IMG/VR virus record: IMGVR_UViG_3300030376_005910 | Location: 1-25,437 of that record | Length of the DNA stretch: 25,437 bases | Source: a virus | Taxonomy: Duplodnaviria > Caudoviricetes | Reading direction: 5' to 3' (one strand) | The notes under the pieces: generated by a model | What the model saw: only the letters and a program-made list of their open reading frames with translations | Databases searched by the model: none | What the model was told of the DNA's origin: nothing | Made by a program: the position numbers and the translations under genes | Part shown: in pieces, positions 9,847 to 18,227 of the stretch | Position numbering within the stretch: the first letter of the stretch is position 1 | Layout of the letters: each line of letters starts with the position of its first letter

Positions 9847-11712
9847 TTAGTCTCCCATTCGATTATAATATTTTAAATTACTTGGATACACAGTTGAAAG
9901 ATCAGCTGTAATTCCATTTGAACTTGCTTGATAAATACCAGCTACGTCACAAGATGTTAACTGAGTATCCCAAATTGCAACTTCGTCTATTTCGCCATTG
10001 AAATAGTAGTTAGGTGACGCGGATCTTCTACCTATTTCAATTGAAGAAGCATTAATTAAAGTTGGAGTTCCAGTAGCTGCATTTTGTACGTTTGTGCCAT
10101 CTAGCCATATTTCATAAACACTGCCTGACCAATTTATTAATAAATGGTGCCAATCTGCACTTATAGAACTTGACGAGGTGTATGCTGATCGCCCTGCTAC
10201 ACTTGCGTCTGTTACTATAATTAATTCATTCGTTAAAGCACTTGTAAAAGCTCCAAGTCCAACACCATTCCAAGCTCCACCAAAGTTTATTATATACTGC
10301 GGTGAAGTAGAAGTGGTAATAGTAGAATTTGGCTTAAACCATAAAGACAAAGCTGTGACATTGCCACTATAAGAGCTAGCTATATAGCTACTAGTGCCAT
10401 TAAAACTTAAAGTACTCGTATTAGTTGTTGTAGAAGGAACTAAAACAGAGCCAGATGTAACATTTTTAGTAGTAGAATTACTACCTATTGTATATGTTAT
10501 AGCATATGTTCCAGCTGTTGAATTTGCAGGTGACAATACACCTGAACTAGCATTTATAGTTAATCCTGACGTAGGTGATATTGTAAATTGTCCACCTGTT
10601 TGTTGTATAAAATTAGTTGGTGTAACATTAGGTGACCCAGAAGCGTTACAAAGATTACTTGGATAATTAAAATTAGTATTAACTAATTGAACACTTTGTG
10701 TATCAGTAGCAGGACATATACTTCCAGTTGCACCTGTAGTATTGTAAGATACGCTATATGTACCTACGTTTGAAGTAGATAATGATATTAGTCCAGTTGA
10801 AGAATTAATATCTAAATAATCTAAAGAGTTTGAAGGAAGTGTAGTGCTAGAAGCATCTAATGTTCCTGGATTTGCAGCGTTAGGTATTGACCAAGTTGAT
10901 GTTGAAGAATTATAAGTAGCATCATTACTCATTTTATACCAAACAGAAGGAGTTGAAGTATAAGAACCTTGAGGAACTCCATTGTTATATATATTAGATA
11001 TATTAGAAGATTGATCTGAATTCCAAAGAGCAAAACTAGACAGCTTACCAGTAAAGTATTGAGGATTTCTTCTACCTATAAGTCCAGGTGAAAAAGAAGC
11101 ATTTACAGGGGGAGGTGCGCCAGGCGCAGACACCCCTTTTAGAGTGTAATTAGGATCAACTTGTCCGTTAAAATAAACTTGGATTAAACTGTTAGAATCT
11201 TTAACTAATATTACATTATTCCATTGATTAGTTGGAATAGTAAAAGTAGGTTGGTTACTAGGATCAGTATCAGATAATTGATACCCACTAAATTTAACAT
11301 CAAATACTCCATTATCAATCCTGCACCAATTAGATCCTTCACCAAAGAAAAACATTAAAGCGCTTGAACTAGCCGTGTAGAACCAAAAACTAAAAGCAAA
11401 GTCGTTACTCAACGTAATACTAGGTAAAGTTATATAATCTGTACCATCAAAATTAAAACCACTTATAGAACTAAATGTACCACCTGATAATCCAGTTACA
11501 GTTGGTGTTGGATTAGTTGCGTCAGCAATATCAAATGGACTACCTGAATAACTAAATGCAGCATTGTCAGCAGGATTAATAGTAACAATATCAGTAGCGC
11601 TAGAAGATAAGCTACTATTACTATTAGTAACAGTTCTAGTTATAATATATTTACCTGGAGTTGAAGCCGATACATCTATTTCACCTGTTAAGTTGTTTAT
11701 CTGTAATGCCAT
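9847..11712 (-). CDS. Ig-like-repeat plus two-LamG-domain virion protein (protein B)
   Basis: Repeats F.Y....C...PT..G..GG.F...L.IN.STG.I..S.ST.GTY.ITY flank the LamG cores (FNGEIDEVAIWD); ends YYNRMGD. Confidence 0.82.
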   Translation of the reverse strand: MALQINNLTGEIDVSASTPGKYIITRTVTNSNSSLSSSATDIVTINPADNAAFSYSGSPFDIADATNPTPTVTGLSGGTFSSISGFNFDGTDYITLPSITLSNDFAFSFWFYTASSSALMFFFGEGSNWCRIDNGVFDVKFSGYQLSDTDPSNQPTFTIPTNQWNNVILVKDSNSLIQVYFNGQVDPNYTLKGVSAPGAPPPVNASFSPGLIGRRNPQYFTGKLSSFALWNSDQSSNISNIYNNGVPQGSYTSTPSVWYKMSNDATYNSSTSTWSIPNAANPGTLDASSTTLPSNSLDYLDINSSTGLISLSTSNVGTYSVSYNTTGATGSICPATDTQSVQLVNTNFNYPSNLCNASGSPNVTPTNFIQQTGGQFTISPTSGLTINASSGVLSPANSTAGTYAITYTIGSNSTTKNVTSGSVLVPSTTTNTSTLSFNGTSSYIASSYSGNVTALSLWFKPNSTITTSTSPQYIINFGGAWNGVGLGAFTSALTNELIIVTDASVAGRSAYTSSSSISADWHHLLINWSGSVYEIWLDGTNVQNAATGTPTLINASSIEIGRRSASPNYYFNGEIDEVAIWDTQLTSCDVAGIYQASSNGITADLSTVYPSNLKYYNRMGD

Positions 11713-11721
11713 ATTAGTATT

Positions 11722-14700
11722 TTAAAAAAATCCTGTATTAACTGTCCATCCTTGAGTATTAACTAGGTAATCTGCAGCATCTTGAGCTGTAGACCAAGAA
11801 CTAGGGGCATTAGGATGTAAAGTAGAATTTATAGCTAAACTATTATTAAATTTACCATTATAATGAACGTGCGCACCTGATAAATTTAAATTAGTTAAAT
11901 AATTCTGAGAGTAACCTTTTGAAGCAACTCCATTATAAATAGTTATCGCCCAACCTATCCAACAATTAGTATAATTATCACTCTGAGTGCTTGCGCCACC
12001 CCAAGAAGCTGGATAACTAAACCAAAGCGAATTAGTAGTGTTACTTAATTGAGAACCTAAAATCCAATCTTTTGGCGAAGTGTTATCAAAACTACCACTA
12101 AACATATTAATAAAAACTGTGCCAGCGCTTATGTCCCATTGATTATACGTTTTACTACCAACAGTTACACTTTGATAAGGAACTTGTATATTCTGTAATC
12201 CTAAGCTAGCAAAGCTAGTAACATTACTAGTGTCCCAGTTATTAGGTGCTGTGCTAGTTCCTACATCAGAATCTTGTACATTTATAACGTTTTTAATATC
12301 CCAAGCTAAGTAAGTTTCATTATTATAAGTAACTTGTTTAGTATTTGGATTAAAAGAAGTTGGTATTCCAGTAGCATTAGGTCCAAAAAACTGTTTTATA
12401 TTAGTAACATTATCTAAATTCCATTTACTTAAATTGTTTCCTGAGTCAACTATACCGTTCGTAGAAGGTAAATTAGCAAAAATTCTAAACAAAGATGCGC
12501 CACCTGAACCAATATCTTTAAAGCCAGGCACATTAGTCGCTGTTATATTTAACGGAGCAAATCTAGCACCAGTATGTTGGAATTTTAAAGTACTAGTATT
12601 AAAACCTTCCATCCATTGAGATATTTCAGTTATCTTTGGTACATTAGCATCACCATAGCTATAAATCAAGTTCAATTCATCTCCAGATTGTCCTACAGTT
12701 ACTGTATTTTGTTGACCAATAGTTGAATATTGGAAAGATTGAGCATTTGTATGTGGTCCTTGAAAACCATTACCATCGCCCCAATCAATATGATAACTAC
12801 CTGAGCCATTAAACGTAAAAGTTTCATTTGTAGTTTGAGTTGTAACTTTAAATTTGAAAGACTGAAAATAATCAGAAGAAGACCAAGCATCTGATATAGT
12901 ACCACCTAAAGGTAGAGTTTGATCAACAGTTCCAGTTATTGTAGGAGTTACATCTGATCCATTAGCACAATAAGCATTAGATGTATAGTCAAAACCTGCT
13001 AGAGGTTTACAAGTATTATTTTGAGAAAATTTATCTGATATACCACCCCATTTAGTTATTAAACTAGCTCTAGCTGCAAAAGCTCCATTGCTTGCGGCGT
13101 TATCACATGATGGTACTGAATTACCAAAATCAGCTGTACCTGAATATGCCATAGCACCTTGAGAATCCCAAGCAGTTAATAATGCATCATAGTTAGTAGT
13201 TGACAAAGCAACACCTAACATAAAATTTGAAAAACTAGTAACTTGGTTTATATCCCAAGAACTAATATCCTGATCAAAAGCGTTTGCTTGGTAAAACATT
13301 TCACCAGCATTTAAAAATGATTGTGTGTTCCACGAGCTTAAATCTTGATTAAATGATGTTGTGCTTCTAAACATTCTAAAAGTGTTGTTAACCAAAGAAA
13401 CATCCCAAGCGTTATAAGTTCTTTGGTTACTTCCAGATCCTACTGTAACTGACTGTGTGTTTATTGGTTGGTTAAAAGGACAACTACCAAACATAGTATT
13501 CATAGTAGTAGCAGAAGACATGTCCCAGTTAGATAAACTTTGATTAAAGCTACTTCCACTAAACATACTTGAGAAATTATTTACGTTTTGCACGTCCCAA
13601 GCTAAGTACGTTTGTTGATAACCTCCTTGACCAACTGTAATTTCACTTGTGTTTAAAGCTTGATTATAAGCAGAGCTAGCTAACATACCTGACATTGAAA
13701 AAGCACTACCTGTGGTTTTTATTTTCCATTTATTAATACTAGTATTAAAACTACTTGCACCGCTAAACATGTTTGTGAAATTAGCACAAGAAGAAACGTC
13801 CCAAGCTAGTCTATTAGCAGCTGTATAATCTTTAGTATTTACATCTTGGTTAAATGAACTACAGTTAATAAACATGGCACTCATATCAGTTACGTTTGAT
13901 GTGTCCCAATTAGATATATCACTATTAAAAGATTGATTTTGAAACATATCAGACATATTAGTAACATTTGATGTATTCCAAGAGTTTAAGTTTCTATTAA
14001 AAACTCCTGTAGCTACACCATACATACTAAACAGTGATTGAAAACTTGTAACATTTGATGTGTCCCAATTAGATACATCACCATTAAATAAATTTGCTCT
14101 TTGAAACATACCTTCAACAGTCGTGTTACTAGCTGGAAATGTCCAATTCCAATTAACCCCTGAAAGAGTGCCAGTTAAACCTTGGCATACAAAAAATGCT
14201 CTATAAAGATTATTGCAATTAGTCAAGTCAGGTGTATCAGTTGCAGATATGTCTAAATTTGTACACCCATAAAAAGACTCACTAAAAGAGCTCCATTGAA
14301 ACTCACCCCATTTAGTTATATTCTTTAATTTAAGTTTATCAACAGCGTATCTAAAATATATTCTAGGGAAAGCATTACCATTATAATCACCTATCTGTAT
14401 GGTGTAAGTTCCACCATTTATGTAAGTAGGAGAAGTAGCATTACCTGTGTAGTTATTTCCTGAGGTCGAATTACCTTGACCAACAAAATTAGTTAAATTG
14501 TTATTATTATTTAAACCCCAGTTTACTCTATAGCTATATCCAGAACCAGTGGTTGGGATAGTAAAAGTATCTCCGGCATTAACCTGTATTGTAAATTCAA
14601 AAGATTGAAAAGCTTGTACGACTGTAAAGCTAGCTGTGGTAGTATTACCGCAAGGTGTTCCTGTTGGGGTAAAAGTAACTGTATAAACTTGTCCAGCGGT

Positions 14701-15177
14701 TGCTGTACTTAAATCAATAGCGCCTGTCGTGCTGTTTATACTTAGATTACCAGGATTTGTTGTTATTGCAAAATCTCCAGAGATAGAAGGATCTGCTTTT
14801 GTAGGAAATATTGTAAATCTATTTTCACCATTTGGATAAGTGAACGTAGTTGATACATCTGCAGTTATTGTTATTTCTACAGAATTTGAAAGACCTTGTA
14901 CAGTGTATGTAATTTCATAAGACCCAGCTGGGGTTGCTGTAGTATTAATTATTCCATCATCACTTGTAGTGCTTGGACTAGCTGGGTTTTCCCACACTAA
15001 AACATTGCTTGACCCATCAGTAGTTGTAAAAGTAAATACACCGCCTGAAGCACCACTAATTATAGGTGCTTTATTACCATCATCTTTACACCAGCTAGTT
15101 ACCGGGTAAGAAAAATCAGCGCTAATACCAAATTGACCTTTAGGACCTGGTATTGTATTACCTAGACCAATAAACAT
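11722..15177 (-). CDS. BspA-family/DUF285-type repeat protein with Ig-like and PKD-like modules; putative head fibre (protein A)
   Basis: Many FN..(I/L)S.WD(T/V)S.VT.M..MF repeats, Y.(I/V)DWGDG-type modules, Ig-like repeats and an N-terminal MFIGLG peptide. Confidence 0.85.
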   Translation of the reverse strand: MFIGLGNTIPGPKGQFGISADFSYPVTSWCKDDGNKAPIISGASGGVFTFTTTDGSSNVLVWENPASPSTTSDDGIINTTATPAGSYEITYTVQGLSNSVEITITADVSTTFTYPNGENRFTIFPTKADPSISGDFAITTNPGNLSINSTTGAIDLSTATAGQVYTVTFTPTGTPCGNTTTASFTVVQAFQSFEFTIQVNAGDTFTIPTTGSGYSYRVNWGLNNNNNLTNFVGQGNSTSGNNYTGNATSPTYINGGTYTIQIGDYNGNAFPRIYFRYAVDKLKLKNITKWGEFQWSSFSESFYGCTNLDISATDTPDLTNCNNLYRAFFVCQGLTGTLSGVNWNWTFPASNTTVEGMFQRANLFNGDVSNWDTSNVTSFQSLFSMYGVATGVFNRNLNSWNTSNVTNMSDMFQNQSFNSDISNWDTSNVTDMSAMFINCSSFNQDVNTKDYTAANRLAWDVSSCANFTNMFSGASSFNTSINKWKIKTTGSAFSMSGMLASSAYNQALNTSEITVGQGGYQQTYLAWDVQNVNNFSSMFSGSSFNQSLSNWDMSSATTMNTMFGSCPFNQPINTQSVTVGSGSNQRTYNAWDVSLVNNTFRMFRSTTSFNQDLSSWNTQSFLNAGEMFYQANAFDQDISSWDINQVTSFSNFMLGVALSTTNYDALLTAWDSQGAMAYSGTADFGNSVPSCDNAASNGAFAARASLITKWGGISDKFSQNNTCKPLAGFDYTSNAYCANGSDVTPTITGTVDQTLPLGGTISDAWSSSDYFQSFKFKVTTQTTNETFTFNGSGSYHIDWGDGNGFQGPHTNAQSFQYSTIGQQNTVTVGQSGDELNLIYSYGDANVPKITEISQWMEGFNTSTLKFQHTGARFAPLNITATNVPGFKDIGSGGASLFRIFANLPSTNGIVDSGNNLSKWNLDNVTNIKQFFGPNATGIPTSFNPNTKQVTYNNETYLAWDIKNVINVQDSDVGTSTAPNNWDTSNVTSFASLGLQNIQVPYQSVTVGSKTYNQWDISAGTVFINMFSGSFDNTSPKDWILGSQLSNTTNSLWFSYPASWGGASTQSDNYTNCWIGWAITIYNGVASKGYSQNYLTNLNLSGAHVHYNGKFNNSLAINSTLHPNAPSSWSTAQDAADYLVNTQGWTVNTGFF

Positions 15178-15180
15178 GTA

Positions 15181-15747
15181 TTAATATAAGGCTATAATAG
15201 GGTAAACTCCAGCGCTATCAGTTGCTCTAGTTCCGTAATCAATTACCCTAACAACTTGTATAGGTAAAAAACTACCAGCTGGAACACCTCTAAATATAGT
15301 ATCAGAACCTGATTCCATTTCTACTCTTAGAGTTAATTGAGGAGTTCCCACGTATAAACAACATCCTCTTTGTCTTGTATTGGGTATATCAACATCTAAA
15401 ACTTTAAATTCCAAAGCCCCAGTTGGAGCAAATGTAATTAAATCATCAGGTGCATATCCAGAACCTGGATCGCTTATAGTAAACTTAACAAGTTCTCCTA
15501 AACCACCAATCTCAGTTGGTATTATTTTTAAAGGTAATTGCCCACTTGCTAAAGCTCCGCCGTTAACTCCAGTAGCTACAACTTCTGTTCCAACAACGTA
15601 ATTAGCACCATCATTAGTTATTTCTAATGCATCTACATCAGTGGTGTTGTTAATAGCACCTACTACTATTTGTTTAGCGTCATGAGCAAATACTCTTGGC
15701 TCTGCCATCATATTTCCTACTACACCTTCTATTTCGCTTACTGCCAT
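15181..15747 (-). CDS. Head-spike base-like protein (resembles RcGTA Rcc01079 family) with an internal insertion
   Basis: The C-terminal half LYVG....LRVEMESG....F.GVPAGSFLPIQVVRV...GT.AT...IIALY matches the pattern I recall for the RcGTA spike base (AGEILPVRPVRVLATGTTAT). It directly precedes a gene starting M.IGLG. Confidence 0.62.
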   Translation of the reverse strand: MAVSEIEGVVGNMMAEPRVFAHDAKQIVVGAINNTTDVDALEITNDGANYVVGTEVVATGVNGGALASGQLPLKIIPTEIGGLGELVKFTISDPGSGYAPDDLITFAPTGALEFKVLDVDIPNTRQRGCCLYVGTPQLTLRVEMESGSDTIFRGVPAGSFLPIQVVRVIDYGTRATDSAGVYPIIALY

Positions 15748-15749
15748 TT

Positions 15750-16205
15750 TTATTTATTTTTATTTATTGTAATTTTTTCAGCGCCTCTAGATCCAAAGTA
15801 CGCCACATATACTGTAATTAGTAAAGTTTTTAATAACTCAACCCATGCTGTGTCTACGTCAAACAAAGTATGGAATGAATCAATTATTATTAATATCGTT
15901 GAAGCTAGCGTTAAATATATTAAAGTCAAAGGACGAGTGTTCTTTGACAACCATGAATCAGACTTCATATCTGAGTCCCAACGTTTAGATACGTTTTCCA
16001 TCTCTATAAGATCTTGCTCTATAAGCTTCATTGCTTGTTCCTTATCAACAGCTTTAATCTTAGTATCACTTGTTATAAGATTTTTTACTATTCCAAGCGT
16101 GCCTTGGTCAGGTAAAATGTCACCAACAGCATTTAAAACCTTAGGAGCTTTACTAGCTAAAAAAGCCCCTATTTTAGTTTCTTTTAGTTTTTTCTTTTTA
16201 GACAT
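15750..16205 (-). CDS. Holin-like membrane protein (3TM/GTA-holin type)
   Basis: RWDSDMKSDSWLSKNTRPL, then two hydrophobic segments and YFGSRGAEK. Confidence 0.7.
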   Translation of the reverse strand: MSKKKKLKETKIGAFLASKAPKVLNAVGDILPDQGTLGIVKNLITSDTKIKAVDKEQAMKLIEQDLIEMENVSKRWDSDMKSDSWLSKNTRPLTLIYLTLASTILIIIDSFHTLFDVDTAWVELLKTLLITVYVAYFGSRGAEKITINKNK

Positions 16206-16351
16206 TACTTCTTTTTACCCATGTGTCTTTTGGATCCGCACATTGTTAAAATTGATGGCTGTCCCATCATCATATTTGGTGATTTTTCTTCAGTTCCATA
16301 TTTTTTATATGGAGACATTTGAACTCCTGATTTTTTATTTGTATAAGGCAT
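16205..16351 (-). CDS. Small basic hypothetical protein (48 aa; not in ORF track)
   Basis: MPYTNKKSGVQMSPYKKYGTEEKSPNMMMGQPSILTMCGSKRHMGKKK*; fills the gap, with a TAATG overlap onto the next gene. Confidence 0.7.
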   Translation of the reverse strand: MPYTNKKSGVQMSPYKKYGTEEKSPNMMMGQPSILTMCGSKRHMGKKK

Positions 16352-16356
16352 AATTT

Positions 16357-16695
16357 TTATTTTTTATAAGCTTCTTTTTCCCACCAGTTCATTGGGGAAC
16401 CATCCACTTGTTTACTTCTTTTTTTAACTTTCCATTTACCTTTACCACTTTTTCTGTGGTAAATGTTGTTGTCATCATAAGCTAATCTACCGTCTTTTAT
16501 TTGTTTAACGTGAACCATCTCATGGTCTATAATTTCTTTTACTTGCTTTTGATCCCTTACTTTATCATTAATAGTAATAGTGCAATTCATATTAGTCCTA
16601 CCTAATACACCATCTTCTTCCTTTACAAAATATATAGGAACATTCATTAAGTCTTTGTTATACCAAGGTGGACTTGGCTTTAACTTAAAACCCAT
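16357..16695 (-). CDS. Small zincin-like metallopeptidase-motif protein
   Basis: VLGRT...ITIN...IIDHEMVHVKQ (HExxH). Confidence 0.65.
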   Translation of the reverse strand: MGFKLKPSPPWYNKDLMNVPIYFVKEEDGVLGRTNMNCTITINDKVRDQKQVKEIIDHEMVHVKQIKDGRLAYDDNNIYHRKSGKGKWKVKKRSKQVDGSPMNWWEKEAYKK

Positions 16696-16850
16696 TATTT
16701 TTTAAAAGCTAATAAAAATTCTCTAATAGCAATACCTACAGCAATACCAGCGTATAAAGGCATTTTTTCAAATACAAGTATACATGCTACAGCTAAAGCC
16801 ATACCTATTTTAAATAACGGATTATTTACAATTGTTTTTATTTTATTCAT
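16695..16850 (-). CDS. Small two-TM membrane protein (51 aa; start corrected to ATG at 16850)
   Basis: MNKIKTIVNNPLFKIGMALAVACILVFEKMPLYAGIAVGIAIREFLLAFKK. The longer ORF-track start lies inside the upstream mini-gene. Confidence 0.72.
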   Translation of the reverse strand: MNKIKTIVNNPLFKIGMALAVACILVFEKMPLYAGIAVGIAIREFLLAFKK

Positions 16851-16998
16851 TTTCTTTATTTTTATAAGGAAACATATTATTAAGCTTTTCTTTACGCTTA
16901 CCACACCCACAACCACCTGGTATTTTATCAGCTATAGCTTTTATACCTGTTGCAGTAGTTATTTTTTCTATTGTATCACCTAAACCTTTTGACTCCAT
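16843..16998 (-). CDS. Small hypothetical phage protein with CGC motif (51 aa; not in ORF track)
   Basis: MESKGLGDTIEKITTATGIKAIADKIPGGCGCGKRKEKLNNMFPYKNKENE*; fills the gap between its neighbours. Confidence 0.78.
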   Translation of the reverse strand: MESKGLGDTIEKITTATGIKAIADKIPGGCGCGKRKEKLNNMFPYKNKENE

Positions 16999-17000
16999 AA

Positions 17001-17288
17001 TCAACACTTCCATCTACGTCTAGCGGCTTTACCTCTTTCACCAGTCCAACCTTTTGATCTAGCACAAAATGACTTTCTTCTTTTCCAAGCTTTACTGCCT
17101 TTTTTAACTTTTCCTGTAACAGCTGTTTTAAGTTTGCTGCCAGGATTTTTACGTCTATATTCAGCTACACCTTTTTTAGTCATGCCAGCGCCCTCTTCAG
17201 TTGTTCTAAAGTTCCTTCCTTTACCTTTAGTAGTTTTTCTAGGTTCTTTACCTTTTTTAGCAAAAGGACTGCTTGCTTGAATATACAT
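17001..17288 (-). CDS. Highly basic phage protein (DUF6321-like; start corrected to 17288)
   Basis: GMTKKGVAEYRRKNPGSKLKTAVTG...RRKSFCAR...RRRWKC; the ATG at 17288 overlaps the upstream stop (TAATG). Confidence 0.72.
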   Translation of the reverse strand: MYIQASSPFAKKGKEPRKTTKGKGRNFRTTEEGAGMTKKGVAEYRRKNPGSKLKTAVTGKVKKGSKAWKRRKSFCARSKGWTGERGKAARRRWKC

Positions 17289-17416
17289 TATTTTTTCTTT
17301 TTTGGTACACAATTAGGCACTTTTTTACCACCTTTTTTCTTCATACCAATCATTTCATATCCTTTCCAACAAGGATTTTTCATTTTCTTTTTCTTTTGTA
17401 ATGCGCTGTATCCCAT
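17288..17416 (-). CDS. Tiny basic CWxGY...VPNCV protein (42 aa; not in ORF track)
   Basis: MGYSALQKKKKMKNPCWKGYEMIGMKKKGGKKVPNCVPKKKK*. Confidence 0.78.
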   Translation of the reverse strand: MGYSALQKKKKMKNPCWKGYEMIGMKKKGGKKVPNCVPKKKK

Positions 17417-17419
17417 AAC

Positions 17420-17833
17420 TTATAATTTTCTACCTTTTTTATCTACTTTAACTTCTTTAACTATAACTCTAGTGTTTGGTTTTTTATTTTCTAGTTCTTC
17501 TAATTGTTTTTGAAGATCTTCAAATTTACTATCGGCTTCAGTACCATCTTGTATCATAGCTGAAGTTATTTTAATTTCTTCTTTTAATATGTCTTGAGTT
17601 TCCTCAAGTACTTCTACAGTTCGTTTTAGCTGCATAATCATATCTTCGTTCCACTCTTCTTTTAACTCGTATTCTAAACGAGTTACTTCAATAGGTGGAA
17701 GTTTTTTAGCTTCTTCAATATCTGCTTGCAATGTATAATACATACCTACAAAAGAGGCTGTAACCATTATTATTGCTACTACAGTTTTTAAGTCAAGTTG
17801 TACGGAAGTGTTTTCAGATATTTTTGTACTCAT
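17420..17833 (-). CDS. Single-TM coiled-coil protein (possible lysis accessory/spanin-like; start corrected to 17833)
   Basis: MSTKISENTSVQLDLKTVVAIIMVTASFVGMYYTL followed by a long acidic coiled coil; overlaps the endolysin 3' end by 20 nt. Confidence 0.6.
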   Translation of the reverse strand: MSTKISENTSVQLDLKTVVAIIMVTASFVGMYYTLQADIEEAKKLPPIEVTRLEYELKEEWNEDMIMQLKRTVEVLEETQDILKEEIKITSAMIQDGTEADSKFEDLQKQLEELENKKPNTRVIVKEVKVDKKGRKL

Positions 17834-18227
17834 TAGTTGCGTCGAATGATGGGCATGCTTTATTAGCAAACTCGTTATGTGAATATATAGTAGCGTCTGG
17901 ATACATTGCTTTAAGTGTTTTAAGCACATGTATTAGACTTTCTTTTTGTTCTGGTGTTCTAGTATCTTTAGGTGTCTTACCATCAGTCTCTACGCCTCCG
18001 CAATAACAAACCCCTATGGAATTTCTATTGTGATTCTTGCAATGAGCCCCTGAGCGATCTATATCTCTTCCTTTCCATATCTTACCATTTATATCAATAT
18101 AGAAATGATAACCAATATCTGACCAACCTCTTCCATCAACGTGCCATTCTCTTATAGTGTCAACTGATATATCTTGTCCTTCTCTAGTAGCAGAGCAATG
18201 TATAATAATTTCGTTTATATTCCTCAT
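17814..18227 (-). CDS. Endolysin, N-acetylmuramoyl-L-alanine amidase (T7 lysozyme/Amidase_2 type)
   Basis: IIIHCSAT, GWSDIGYHF, GAHCKNHNRNSIGVCYCGG and HNEFANKACPSF (Zn ligands His, His, Cys). Confidence 0.95.
   Translation of the reverse strand: MRNINEIIIHCSATREGQDISVDTIREWHVDGRGWSDIGYHFYIDINGKIWKGRDIDRSGAHCKNHNRNSIGVCYCGGVETDGKTPKDTRTPEQKESLIHVLKTLKAMYPDATIYSHNEFANKACPSFDATNEYKNI

Noticed and set aside
6189-11724. Split genes as pseudogene fragments or sequencing frameshifts
   Set aside because: Two junctions break at the same motif with the same spacer, and each downstream gene has a proper ATG; random errors would not repeat this way. Read-level checking would still be worthwhile.
12699-12905. 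68-aa alternate-frame minus-strand ORF inside the BspA gene
   Set aside because: Short, with the Leu/Ile/Met-rich composition expected from a shifted frame; no independent support.
13190-14070. CRISPR-like or DNA-level tandem repeats (recurring gtcccaa)
   Set aside because: These encode the W-D residues of the BspA protein repeats; spacing and sequence follow codons, not a repeat-spacer array.
3282-15177. Diversity-generating retroelement acting on the adhesin genes
   Set aside because: No reverse transcriptase and no near-identical template/variable repeat pair with adenine-specific differences was seen; the repeats are diverged at the protein level.
15670-16353. 227-aa plus-strand ORF
   Set aside because: Antisense shadow of the holin-like gene and a mini-ORF; Phe/Ser/Ile-rich composition typical of reverse-complemented AT-rich coding DNA.
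17420-17929. ORF-track starts at 17929, 17312 and 16916
   Set aside because: Each extends into an upstream gene; ATGs at 17833, 17288 and 16850 fit the coupled gene layout better.
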